A stretch of 64,000 nucleotides of DNA from Diplonema japonicum (GCA_964019335.1 OZ025668.1:496001-560000), one strand, 5' to 3'; positions 47,212-57,546 are shown, counted from the first letter of the stretch. The notes: generated from the letters alone by a model not told the origin. Translations and numbers: made by a program.

Positions 47212-47307
47212 GTTCTCATCAGTGGGAAGTCAGATGTAGTTCTCACTCATCCCAAAAGGGTATGAAAAAATGAACAATTGTAGGTTATCGTTGTCATCAT
47301 TAAGAAC
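47212..47307 (-). ncRNA. Box C/D-like snoRNA (second copy 52812-52914)
   Basis: Terminal stem GTTCT/AGAAC, box C ATGATGA, box D CTGA; internal ACCTACAATTGTTC and GACTTCCC are near-antisense to conserved LSU GAACAATGTAGGTAAGGGAAGTC. Confidence 0.65.
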
Positions 47308-47457
47308 CGTCTAAATAAACCCGCACTGTCTCCACTGTCTCGGTGTCTGTGATGCACCCTCATGTGGCATTTCAGGCCGAAAGAGGGCCTAATTTCCACC
47401 TGATTGTTGCACTGCTTGTCCTGCCACAGGAAGCTCTTGCTTTTCCGTCACCCAACC

Positions 47458-47525
47458 TGTTCTAGTTCGGTGTTAATCACCCTACAGTGCCACCATTGCT
47501 GCACCGGGGCCAGTACCACCAAGCA
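47458..47525 (-). ncRNA. AGA-box H/ACA-like snoRNA, possible guide for SSU rRNA 5' end (copy 52123-52190)
   Basis: Stems TTGGTG/CACCGA and CGGTGC/GCACTG; pockets TACTGG and GATTAA can pair with SSU TTGATYCTGCCAGTA. Confidence 0.65.
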
Positions 47526-47552
47526 CCTTTTAAAACAAACCCCAGCCATGTT

Positions 47553-47620
47553 CTTTCTCCCAACCGTTTAGGGGTTGTCAGGTGCACTGGGAGCACCGCA
47601 ACCAGGACACAGTTGGTGAC
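47553..47620 (-). ncRNA. AGA-box H/ACA-like snoRNA (copy 52218-52285)
   Basis: CCAACTG-TGTCCT-GGTTGCGGTGC..GCACCTGACAACC-CCTAAA-CGGTTGG-G-AGA: textbook single hairpin with 14-nt spacing. Confidence 0.75.
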
Positions 47621-47734
47621 AATTCAACACCTTCACACATCTCGGGTCGTGTGGCTTCTCCTGCTCGCTCATCTTGTCAGGTGAAGCCTTTCGAGGAAGG
47701 TCTAGGTCCGGACTCTGCTGACCATTCTCAGTCG

Positions 47735-47802
47735 CTCTCTCACGGTTGTCTGGACCCATGACTTGATCCAGGTGGCTGTCACAGGGGATTCGATGTGATG
47801 TC
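47735..47802 (-). ncRNA. AGA-box H/ACA-like snoRNA guiding SSU rRNA pseudouridylation (copies near 48101 and 52308)
   Basis: Pockets CCAGACAA and ATCGAATC pair with SSU TTGTCTGG[TT]GATTC(C)GAT, leaving UN unpaired; AGA 14 nt below pocket. Confidence 0.8.
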
Positions 47803-48754
47803 TAATACAACTAAGCCTGCACTGTCTCGGTGTCTGTGATGCACCCTCATGTGGCATTTCAGGCCGAAAGAGGGCCTAATTTCCACCTGATGTGTTCTGG
47901 TCTTTTACTTGTGACCCTCTATACATCTCCCAGTTGCGTAGGGGTGCTCCTTTTGATTTGTTCAAAATAACGGGCCAGGGAAGCTCTTGGTGAGGTACTC
48001 TTCACTCGAATCTTGAATGTGTTGCTTCCAGTGTGCAGGTAAGGATTAACCGCACTTGGTGATCAACATCCTTGTCTTTTTTTTGCTGACCATACTCGGT
48101 ATCTCTCACGGTTGTCTGGACCCATGACTTGATCCAGGTGGCTGTCACAGGGGATTCGATGTGATGTCTAAAACAACTAAACCTGCACTGTCTCGGTGTC
48201 TGTGATGCACCCTCATGTGGCATTTCAGGCCGAAAGAGGGCCTAATTTCCACCTGATCCATATTCTCGACTCTCCAAACATCTCCCAGTTGCGTAGGGGT
48301 GCTCCTTTTGATTTGTTCAAAATAACGGGCGCCAGGGAAGCTCTTGGTGAGGTACTCTTCTCTCGAATCTTGAATGTGTTGCTTCCAGTGTGCAGGTAAC
48401 GATTAACCGCACTTGGTGATCAACATCCTTGTCTTTTCTTTTTTTTTCTTCTTAGTGAGTGTCTGGGCCCCACCTTAACACTTGCCGCCTACAAGTGGTG
48501 GCCAGGCAAGCTGACTCGGGTGCCGTGCTCAGGAACCAAGAACAACAACATCCACATCTCGGGGAAAAGATCTCCTGCGAAGGAAGATGCAAAGCTCCCT
48601 TCCAGGGTTGTAATGCCCCTCCAGTCGTGTCGCTTCTCCTGCTCATCCTGTCAGGTGAATGTGAAGGTCTTTTGCCTCATGCAGAGGCATTCATCAAGAA
48701 ACCCATCGCCTGTAGCTATAGCGCATCAGATCCATTTCTCCGCATTTTTTTTCA

Positions 48755-48796
<42 letters not shown>

Positions 48797-49137
48797 TTTT
48801 CCTGTGTGGTATCTTGAAAGTACACAGACATAGACAAAATCTTTGAAAAAAATTGCGATGTTGCTTAAAAACATCGCAAAAAGAAAAGAGAGGAGAAGAG
48901 AGGAGAAGAGACGAGAAGAAAATAAAGGAAGGAAAACAAAAGGAATAAAATAGACATGCAGAGCAGGGAGTGCGGAGCGGGCAAGCCTCTTGAATCCAAA
49001 CGGTTAACTGTTATAGTTAAATTTGTTGATTCTAATCATAACGATACTTGACTTTTTCGCATCCAGAACCGAAGTGCTTTCGAGGATTTCAAAGAAAAAA
49101 AAATATTTTCACCTTTATGGAAATCTAAAGTGAAAAT

Positions 49138-49179
<42 letters not shown>

Positions 49180-49335
49180 CCTCAAAGACCTCACTTGAAA
49201 TACCCTGTGTATACATGAGGCGTCATTTATTAAGATATGAAGCATTTATACAGATGTCTTCTTTTTGTAAAAAGACTTCTGGTAGGTTTCCCCTTTTTTT
49301 TTGTTTGGGGATTAAAAAAATCGCGCCAATTGTCA

Positions 49336-50148
49336 TCACCAACCACAAACCTTCATACCCTTCTGCACAGCGGGGCGTGCGAGGATCTTCTCGTGCCACA
49401 CCAAGAGGTTCTTGTACTGCGTGGATGACAGGAAGTTGCAAGCGTTGTTTGTCTCGCTCTTGTAACCCTCCTCCCTGACGATCTGGTGGAACCAAGGGAA
49501 GCACGCCATGTCCGCAATGCTGTACTCCTCCCCAAGGATGTAAGGGCGAGTCTCGAGGTGCTGGTCCAAGACAGAGCACAGTCTCTGGACCTCCATACCG
49601 TAGCGGGAGACACCATAGTCACGTGCCTCGCACTTATCAGCAGGCGCGTAAGCGAAGAAGTGCCCGAAGTTGCCTGTCATGGGGCCTTGCCCTGCCATTT
49701 GCCAGAACAGCCAGTTCATAAGCTCAGCCCTTGCGACAGAATCATCGATAGGGGGGGCGAACTTTTTGTACTTGTCAGCGAAGTACAACATGATGCTGGC
49801 GGACTCGAAGAGGTGCACCTCAGTGGAGCCGTCCTTGCCGCCCTTCCTGTCGACCGCGCAGGGGATCTTGCTGTTGGGGTTCACACCCACGAAGCCCTTG
49901 CTGAATTGCGTTCCGTCCAAAATGTTCACAAGGTGAGCATCGTATTCCAACTCAAGCTCCTCAAGAAGGATGCCGACCTTCCACCCGTTTGGCGTTGCAA
50001 GGGAGTACAGCTGGATGTCGGCAGGTCCTGCTGCAGCCGCTTCATCGTTACGCGCACCTGCCTTTGGGCTGTTGATTCCACAGAACTTGTTCCCATCCAC
50101 CTCTGCATATAAATCTTCGATACTCTCAGGCGGCACCCATGTCGTCAT
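49336..50148 (-). CDS. Nu-class glutathione transferase / disulfide-bond oxidoreductase (YghU-like), copy 1
   Basis: IQLYSLATPNGWKV, NPNSKIP, LFESASI, WLFWQMAGQGP, GHFFAYAP, YSIADMA. Confidence 0.9.
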   Translation of the reverse strand: MTTWVPPESIEDLYAEVDGNKFCGINSPKAGARNDEAAAAGPADIQLYSLATPNGWKVGILLEELELEYDAHLVNILDGTQFSKGFVGVNPNSKIPCAVDRKGGKDGSTEVHLFESASIMLYFADKYKKFAPPIDDSVARAELMNWLFWQMAGQGPMTGNFGHFFAYAPADKCEARDYGVSRYGMEVQRLCSVLDQHLETRPYILGEEYSIADMACFPWFHQIVREEGYKSETNNACNFLSSTQYKNLLVWHEKILARPAVQKGMKVCGW

Positions 50149-50469
50149 ATTTTGGTGTAAAAAAAAAAAGAAAGAAAAAGGAGAAAGCGGGCGAGAAATG
50201 CTGCAAAAAAACTTATCAATAGTGCGTACGATTCAATAGCAAAACGCATAAAGCGACAGAGGGATAGGCATGGGGGCAGTTCGTGCTTATGCTTTGGCAC
50301 GCTTCAGATTCTTCTTTGTGAAGAAAGCTGAAGGAGCCGCGGCAGTCTGGTGTGTCTTAATGATACCAGTGTAGCAGGTGAACTGGAAGGGAGGAAGGAT
50401 AAAACTAACGTGGAATGTTAAAAGGGATAACGTGAGGTTGTTTTCTTCTTCTTGTTCTTCTTCTAGTAT

Positions 50470-51282
50470 TTACCAGCCGCAGACCTTAATACCCTTCTGC
50501 ACAGCGGGGCGTGCGAGGATCTTCTCGTACCACACCATGAGGTTCTTGTACTGCGTGGATGACAGGAAGTTGCAAGCGTTGTTTGTCTCGATCTTGTAAC
50601 CCTCCTCCCTGACGATCTGGTGGAACCAAGGGAAGCACGCCATGTCCGCAATGCTGTACTCCTCCCCAAGGATGTAAGGGCGAGTCTCGAGGTGCTGGTC
50701 CAAGACAGAGCACAATCTCTGGACCTCCATACCGTAGCGGGAGGCACCATAGTCACGTGCCTCGCACTTATCAGCAGGCGCGTAGGTGAAGAAGTGCCCG
50801 AAGTTGCCTGTCATGGGGCCTTGCCCTGCCATTTGCCAGAATAGCCAGTTCATAAGCTCAGCCCTTGCGACAGTGTCATCGGTAGGGGGGACGAACTTCT
50901 TGAACTTGTCAGCGAAGTACAACATGATGCTGGCGGACTCGAAGAGGTGCACCTCAGTGGAGCCGTCCTTGCCGCCCTTCCTGTCGACCGCGCAGGGGAT
51001 CTTGCTGTTGGGGTTCACACCCACGAAGCCCTTGCTGAACTGGTCGCCCTTCATGATGTTGACCGTGTGGGCATTGTACTCTACGCCAAGCTCCTCAAGA
51101 AGGATGCCGACCTTCCACCCGTTTGGCGTTGCAAGGGAGTACAGCTGGATGTCGGCGGCTCCTACCTCTGCAGCTGTTTCGTCACGTGCGCCTGCTGTGG
51201 GGCGGTTGATGCCTGCCCATTTGTTCCCACTCGCCTTTGCGTACAAGTCCTCAATCTTAGCAGGTGGTGCCCATGACGACAT
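50470..51282 (-). CDS. Nu-class glutathione transferase (YghU-like), copy 2
   Basis: Tandem paralogue; GINRPTAGAR N-terminal extension typical of YghU. Confidence 0.9.
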   Translation of the reverse strand: MSSWAPPAKIEDLYAKASGNKWAGINRPTAGARDETAAEVGAADIQLYSLATPNGWKVGILLEELGVEYNAHTVNIMKGDQFSKGFVGVNPNSKIPCAVDRKGGKDGSTEVHLFESASIMLYFADKFKKFVPPTDDTVARAELMNWLFWQMAGQGPMTGNFGHFFTYAPADKCEARDYGASRYGMEVQRLCSVLDQHLETRPYILGEEYSIADMACFPWFHQIVREEGYKIETNNACNFLSSTQYKNLMVWYEKILARPAVQKGIKVCGW

Positions 51283-51623
51283 GTTTTTACTTGCTTTTTT
51301 TTTTCTCCCGGAAGTGTTCTATCTCATGATAATATATTGCCAAGCCAAGAGCACCAAACAAGAATGTCAAAAATACATTTTTAAATGCCCACATTTCAGC
51401 AAGATATTGGGGGGAGGGGTGGGATGAAGTTTTCTTCTTCAAACATTCAATCTTTTTTTTTTTGTCGCCCCTCCCACTTTTTCTCTGTCTCAACCTATAT
51501 TCTTAAAGGCAACTGTATAACACAAGAGGGGAGGGTGTCATCTGAAGGCTAGTGCTGCTGCATCGAGACGGGTCCTAATTAAAACACTTTAAATAAACAT
51601 TGGAAGCTCACTGAACTGTCATC

Positions 51624-53969
51624 TTAATGCTCTTCATCCTCTTCATTAATCTGTGGATATTGGATTGAATTGGATAACAACAAGAAAACAGCTATCATTT
51701 AACGAAGCAGCCTGCACTGTCTCGGTCCCTCATGTGGCATTTCAGGCCGAAAGAGGGCCTAATTTCCACCTGATTCATATTCTCGACTCTCATCTCCCAG
51801 TTGCGTAGGGGTGCTCCTTTTGATTTGTTCAAAATAACGGGCGCCAGGGAAGCTCTTGGTGAGTACTCTTCACTCGAATCTTGAATGTGTTGCTTCCAGT
51901 GTGCAGGTAAGGATTAACCGCACTTGGTGATCAACATCCTTGTCTCTTTTCTTTTTTGGAAATCTCTCTTATTTGTCGGTGTCTGGGCCCCACCTTAACA
52001 CTTGCCGCCTACAAGTGGTGGCCAGGCAAGCTGACTCGGGTGCCGTGCTGTCCAACTAAATAAACCTGCACTTGTGCCTTCCCTCTCAGCTCTTGATTGT
52101 CACCCTTTCCGTCACCTTAGCCTGTTCTAGTTCGGTGTTAATCACCCTACGGTGCCACCATTGCTGCACCGGGGCCAGTACCACCAAGCACCTTTTAAAA
52201 CAAACCCCAGCCATGTTCTTTCTCCCAACCGTTTAGGGGTTGTCAGGTGCACTGGGAGCACCGCAACCAGGACACAGTTGGTGACAATTAACGAGGAAGG
52301 CCGGTAGCTCTCTCACGGTTGTCTGGACCCATGACTTGATCCAGGTGGCTGTCACAGGGGATTCGATGTGATGTCTAATACAACTAAGCCTGCACTGTCT
52401 CGGTGTCTGTGATGCACCCTCATGTGGCATTTCAGGCCGAAAGAGGGCCTAATTTCCACCTGATCCATATTCTTGACTCTCCAAACATCTCCCAGTTGCG
52501 TAGGGGTGCTCCTTTTGATTTGTTCAAAATAACGGGCGCCAGGGAAGCTCTTGGTGAGGTACTCTTCACTCGAATCTTGAATGTGTCAACATCCACATCT
52601 CGGGGAAAAGATCTCCTGCGAAGGAAGATGTGAAGCTCCCTTCCAGGGTTGTAATGCCCCTCCAGTCGTGTCGCTTCTCCTGCTCGCTCATCTTGTCAGG
52701 TGAATTTGCCTTTCTCAGCACTGAAGCCTTTCGAGGAAGGTCTAGGTCCGGACTCGGAGGGCTTTTGCCTTCCCCCCCCACCCACCCCCTTTCTCGTGCT
52801 GACCGTTCGTTGCCGTTCTCACCAGTGGGAAGTCAGATGTAGTTCTCACTCATCCCCAAAAGGGTATGAAAAAATGAACAATTGTAGGTTATCGTTGTCA
52901 TCATTAAGAACGGCCGCCGTTGCTGCCCACTCTCCCGGAGTTTCTTCGTTTTCTCCAACTCATCCCTCTTATTTGTTACATACCGTGATATCAAAAGCTT
53001 CGAGGCCCTGGGAAGGTTCACCTTCCTGTGCTTGTTGGAGCCTGTCGTGAAGGGCGTTCAACGCGACCTGGCGGCGCATGTCGGCAACGGAGGTAGCAGG
53101 AGGTGACATGAAAGGGTTCTGTTTTTTTTTAATTATTTTTTTTTTTTTATCCATACAGATTCCTCTTCGGCCTTTCTCTTTGCCGCCTCCTCGGCCGCAA
53201 TGACTGCTTTGCCAAACCCACACACCACTTTCGAAACGAGGGTGAACGTGAGATCAGCAACAATGGCAATGCACGGCTTGGCAACATCAGGGAAAAACGT
53301 CTTAAAAGCGAACCCTTCACTAGGATCACCAACGACAGTACCAGAAATGGCTTGGTGGAACCTAAGGTAAAACCATGCCACGAAGGTAGAGAGGAACATG
53401 TGCAGCAGGTGTGTGCCTCTTAAGGACGCCCCTCCGATTTCAGCATCGGTGGGGACATGGGTTGGGAAGACCAGCTCAACAAGAAGCGAAACCGTAACAG
53501 CAGTGAGAGGAAGCCACTTGAACCTGAAAGGAACACCCTCCACCACGAAGTCGTCAGGGTGGACCTGTTTGAGCACAACGAAGATGGCAGCAACCAGTCC
53601 AATGTCCCCACAGAAGTACATATAAAACCAACCTTCAGACCCTGCGATGTACGCAACCAAACACATGAAGAATATTGAGACTGACGACGCAATGGTCACA
53701 ATGATGAGGTACTTTGCCATCTCCGCGAAGCCCCATAAGGACTCCACCTTCATCCCGCCCCACCACACCACGGCCGCACACGCGGTTCCCACTATCGGGC
53801 TGGAATCAGCAACACCGGCCGTAACAAGGTTCCACACGTAAAAGTGCCCGGTAATTGTGTTCATGGGTATCAACGCCACGTACCCCAAAAACCCTGGAGA
53901 CAACCAACACAACAAACTACAAGCCACCATGGCAAGAGCCGTGCCCTGCGATGCAGTTAATGACGCCAT
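51624..53969 (-). CDS. TMEM115: TMEM115 (DUF1751, rhomboid-like) protein; exons 53969-53157, 53118-52984 and probably 51650-51624
   Basis: YVWNLVTAG, WFYLRF.Q, GDPSEGFAFKTFFPD; a 38-nt intron adds ADMRRQVALNALHDRL. The last exon INEEDEEH* is inferred; the alternative unspliced stop is at 52969. Confidence 0.8.
51711..52914 (-). ncRNA. Polycistronic snoRNA cluster 2 (same modules as cluster 1, different order), probably intronic
   Basis: Near-identical copies of the cluster 1 modules, flanked by a GTATGT donor (52983) and a CACAG acceptor (51651). Confidence 0.8.
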
Positions 53970-54048
53970 AGTTTTGTAAGGGGAGCCTGTGGGGGAGGGC
54001 GATTTATTTTGTTTGTTTGTTTTTTTTTTTTCCAATTATTAGAACTCA

Positions 54049-55215
54049 TCATTTCTCTACATTCTTTGCACAAGTAACAGGCGGGATCGAAATCGAGTTC
54101 CTCTCCAAAACCGCGATTAGTACCCTGAGCCCTGCAAGGAGGGTGTAATCGGTGTCGGGGTCCCTTCCCCATTGAAAACCCTCCTTGTCCCGCATCAAGA
54201 GTTTCAAGAGCTTTGCCGATAAACAATGTTCCACATGGTACCTTGCGTGAGTAACAGGTGGCAGGCTTCTCCCTACACAGGGCGGTTCACTGTTCTTGGG
54301 CACGTTCCCATCGAGAGAGGTTAGGTAGTTTCCGATAAAATCTTCATCTTCCACACCGCTGTTGAAGAATTCTTTCCTCACAGTGTCGACCCATTGCAGT
54401 TCGTCCGATATGATGCTTGGTCCGCCTTCAGTAGCTGACGTCAGAAGCCTATCAGTCGTGTACCATAAGGAGAAGAGGCTTTCCCAACCTTCGCTGTGCT
54501 CGGATTCTATTCTTTTTAGTATGTCGCTTGCGCTGGCCACCGCGCCCCGCATGAATATTTCGGTTGTTTTCTGAACCGCTTCTGAAAGGGGTTGTACTGC
54601 GTTGTCTTGCGCTGTTGTTTGCAAAACAAGATTCGAAAGCAAAACCGTTGGGCTTTCTCGTGCTCTTAGAGGGGCTTTTCGCTCCCTGGACGCAAGTCTG
54701 CTGAGCATCCCATTGTTGGTTAAAGTTGTCAAACGGTCCTCTAGATCAATAAGTTGCTTTTTTTCCTGTTCGCATTCACAGGAGTAGGGAGAGGGGGAAG
54801 GTGACGGGGAAGAAGAAGAAGAAGGCTTTGGTTTAATGACGGAGTACACAGATTCTTCCGCAACCAAATTCCGGGCCATTTTTTTAAGTTTTTTCAGCTC
54901 GGTTTCTTTGTCCCTCATCACGTCCGCGCGCCTTGCCCTCTCCCTCGCTGAATTTTCTTTCGTCCGTAGTTCTTTCCGTTTGTCAACAACATCTCTCTCT
55001 AATTGTTGTCGGTCCCTGACCTCTTTCAAATACCTGCGCTCCACCGCTGCCACGCAATCGGCCTCTTTGAAATGTTCCTCTTTTCGCTGGTCGAGAAACC
55101 TATTTATATGCTTCATTTCATCCAAAAAATTTTGTAAAACATCTTTCAAATTTTCTTCCCCAGTCACGGGCATGCTATCCAAGTACACACACCAATCACA
55201 AGGTGTTGGTGTCAT
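54049..55215 (-). CDS. Coiled-coil protein of unknown function
   Basis: About 388 aa from ATG 55215; charged heptads followed by a helical domain. Confidence 0.7.
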   Translation of the reverse strand: MTPTPCDWCVYLDSMPVTGEENLKDVLQNFLDEMKHINRFLDQRKEEHFKEADCVAAVERRYLKEVRDRQQLERDVVDKRKELRTKENSARERARRADVMRDKETELKKLKKMARNLVAEESVYSVIKPKPSSSSSPSPSPSPYSCECEQEKKQLIDLEDRLTTLTNNGMLSRLASRERKAPLRARESPTVLLSNLVLQTTAQDNAVQPLSEAVQKTTEIFMRGAVASASDILKRIESEHSEGWESLFSLWYTTDRLLTSATEGGPSIISDELQWVDTVRKEFFNSGVEDEDFIGNYLTSLDGNVPKNSEPPCVGRSLPPVTHARYHVEHCLSAKLLKLLMRDKEGFQWGRDPDTDYTLLAGLRVLIAVLERNSISIPPVTCAKNVEK

Positions 55216-55220
55216 TATTG

Positions 55221-55255
<35 letters not shown>

Positions 55256-56401
55256 ACCTGTTTACGGATGCTTATCAAAGAAAGGAAATAAAGAAAAATA
55301 CGAGAATGAGAAGAAAAAAAAAAAAAAAAAGAGGTTGTTTTTTTTTGTTTTTAAAAAAGAGAAAAAAAAAAAACATATTAACGCCTCACATCTCTGTCGG
55401 GGGGGGGGGGGGGGGGGGGGGCACAGAAAGTTACCCCTAGAGCAAGTCCAGGGTTGGCTTGACCGGTTTTTTTAGAGATATGGGTCGTAATATTTTTAAC
55501 CCTTAAATGGTGGTCTTTTGAAGGGGCTTTAAAAAAAAAAAAAAAAAAAAAAACTCCCCCATCCCTGCTCTGCTTAAAAAACAAAGAGCGGGTGGGGGAT
55601 GCGGATAACTGGCAAGTTTTCAGCCACTGAAACACCAAAGGAAACCACTATTCTCGTCTTCTTTGTTTTTTTTTCCCCCCTTCTTCGCCGACAAAGGGGG
55701 GGGGGGGGGGGGGGGGGGAGGGGAGAGGGATATCTTACATCTTGTTAAAAACATGGGAAGGGGAGAAGAACACACAACCAACAACACTTTTTTAAACTCT
55801 TTTTTTTTATTATTATTATTATAATGCGAGTGGTTTTTTTCTTTTTACTTCTCTTCCAGCTCAGTTGTAAGAGCAGCATCAGAGCCATATGTGGAAAACC
55901 ATTGAGAAAGCGGGCAGGAGAGGACGTACACCTTTTGTTTGTTTTTTTTCCTTTTTTTTTTTTCCTTTTTTTTTTTTTTTTTTCTCTTGCGTAAACAAAG
56001 AAAAACAATTGTAGAGTCGGCGCTGTCGGTGCAGTGGAGCTGCGCCGGTCGTTTTGTGGTGATGTTGAGACAACACAAGGCACTACTGATGCTGGTGGGG
56101 GGCAAGATCGACAGACAAGGCAGGGGCCACGGGGTTTTGATTCCCACGTTTACTCAGAGAAACCACGAAGGACCAAGAAACCAATCAAGATGAACAAGCA
56201 CAAGCGTACAAGGTAAAAAGGAAGCCTTTCCCGTCGAAGAGCAAGTGATAGGCTTTGCAGGGAGACCTTCGCCTCACGAGAGACCCAGGACAGGCTGAGA
56301 AGTGCCTACGATGGCTTGCAGGCCTATTTTTGTCAGCTGTTTCGCAAAACGAAGCCCATAATCTCATTGGAGGGACAGCTCCTTTTCTTTTTCTTTTCTT
56401 T

Positions 56402-56824
56402 TTATAAAATCCATACCGCAGTAGGTGCAGCTACAACACGAGAAAGCGACGTTGCGGCATCATTTACTGCAGGCTCGTCCCCACAGAAAACAATGGCTGG
56501 CTTGCCTTTCCATTGCTTACCCAAGGCCGTGGAGGTCTTGCAACATTGATCGGCATCTATGGCCACAGAGCCTTTGATCACTTTCCCCTTTACCTCACTG
56601 CGAACATCCACAACTACAACGTCATCCTTGTCTCTAAGCCATTCTGCTAACACCCCCAGCCCGAGCTTTTGAACTGATTCTTGCTCTGTGTTCTTTACCT
56701 TCAACCACCCGATCACAAACTGCTGCGGATTGTCAGGCTTGCGCTCGATTATGTCCTTTGCTAAATTGTCCAGTAATTTGTGGATATTGTGTTTTCGTAG
56801 ATATTCCTTATCGTCCGCCGACAT
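56402..56824 (-). CDS. RIIa/Dpy-30-like dimerisation-docking domain fused to rhodanese-like domain; 3' end probably spliced
   Basis: EYLRKHNIHKLLDNLAKDIIERKPDNPQQF; VVVVDVRSE..IKGSV..IVFC. Confidence 0.7.
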   Translation of the reverse strand: MSADDKEYLRKHNIHKLLDNLAKDIIERKPDNPQQFVIGWLKVKNTEQESVQKLGLGVLAEWLRDKDDVVVVDVRSEVKGKVIKGSVAIDADQCCKTSTALGKQWKGKPAIVFCGDEPAVNDAATSLSRVVAAPTAVWIL

Positions 56825-56914
56825 GTTTACCAACCTCTCCTCACCTTTTTTTTTTCTCCTCTTCCCCCCCTTTTTTTTCCCCATTTTTTTTTTGGGGGGA
56901 AAAAAATGACAATG

Positions 56915-56949
<35 letters not shown>

Positions 56950-57544
56950 GAAGGGGGGGAATAGCAGTGGGGTGTTGAATCGGGGTTGCGCTTTTTTTTT
57001 TCCTTTTTTTTTTTTCAAAGGAGGAGAAAAAGACACAAAAAAGAACGCGCAAAATTCAAACGATATAGAAAGAAACAAAAAAAGGGGGGGGGGGGAATGC
57101 TGCCCTTGGTAAAAGCCAGATGGTGGGGAAAAGGTGTGATATGCACTGTGGCGGGGAAGGGGAAAAAAAAGGGGGGAGATGCAAATCCAGTAAGTGCCGA
57201 ACTTTAACGTGTATCAACACTTTCGGCCTTGCGTATGAAGGTTGGGACCGGAGGCATACAGAAATGCGGCTCAATAGAGTGAAATGAAAAGGTAGTAAAG
57301 ACACGCGCAAATCACCATGGGTTCTTCTTTTTTTTTTCCCTTCTCTCTTTTCATCTTGCTTTCCCTCTGAAAGAGAAGAAAGGCAACAAAAAAAAAAGAA
57401 AGATAAAGAAGAAGAAGAAAAAAAAGATAAAGGCGTAGCACCTCCTTGAAGGTGGTCGAAATGGGAGTGGAATGAAGGAAAAAAAAAAAAAAAAAAAAAA
57501 AAAGGCTGAGGGCAAAAAAAGGGGAGGAAAAGTACGAAGTGTCT

Positions 57545-57546
<2 letters not shown>

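Larger units (their letters stand above)
46677..48660 (-). ncRNA. Polycistronic snoRNA cluster 1 (mostly single-hairpin H/ACA-like AGA-box RNAs plus one C/D-like RNA), internally duplicated
   Basis: About 9 distinct 55-110 nt modules repeated in shuffled order; most fold on the minus strand as stem-pocket-stem, and several have AGA about 14 nt below the pocket. Confidence 0.8.

Noticed and set aside
46677-52914. Repeats as CRISPR array, retroelement debris or hammerhead ribozymes; small ORFs in the repeats
   Set aside because: No constant repeat with unique spacers, no RT/transposase motifs and no complete CUGANGA..GAAA core; snoRNA architecture explains them better
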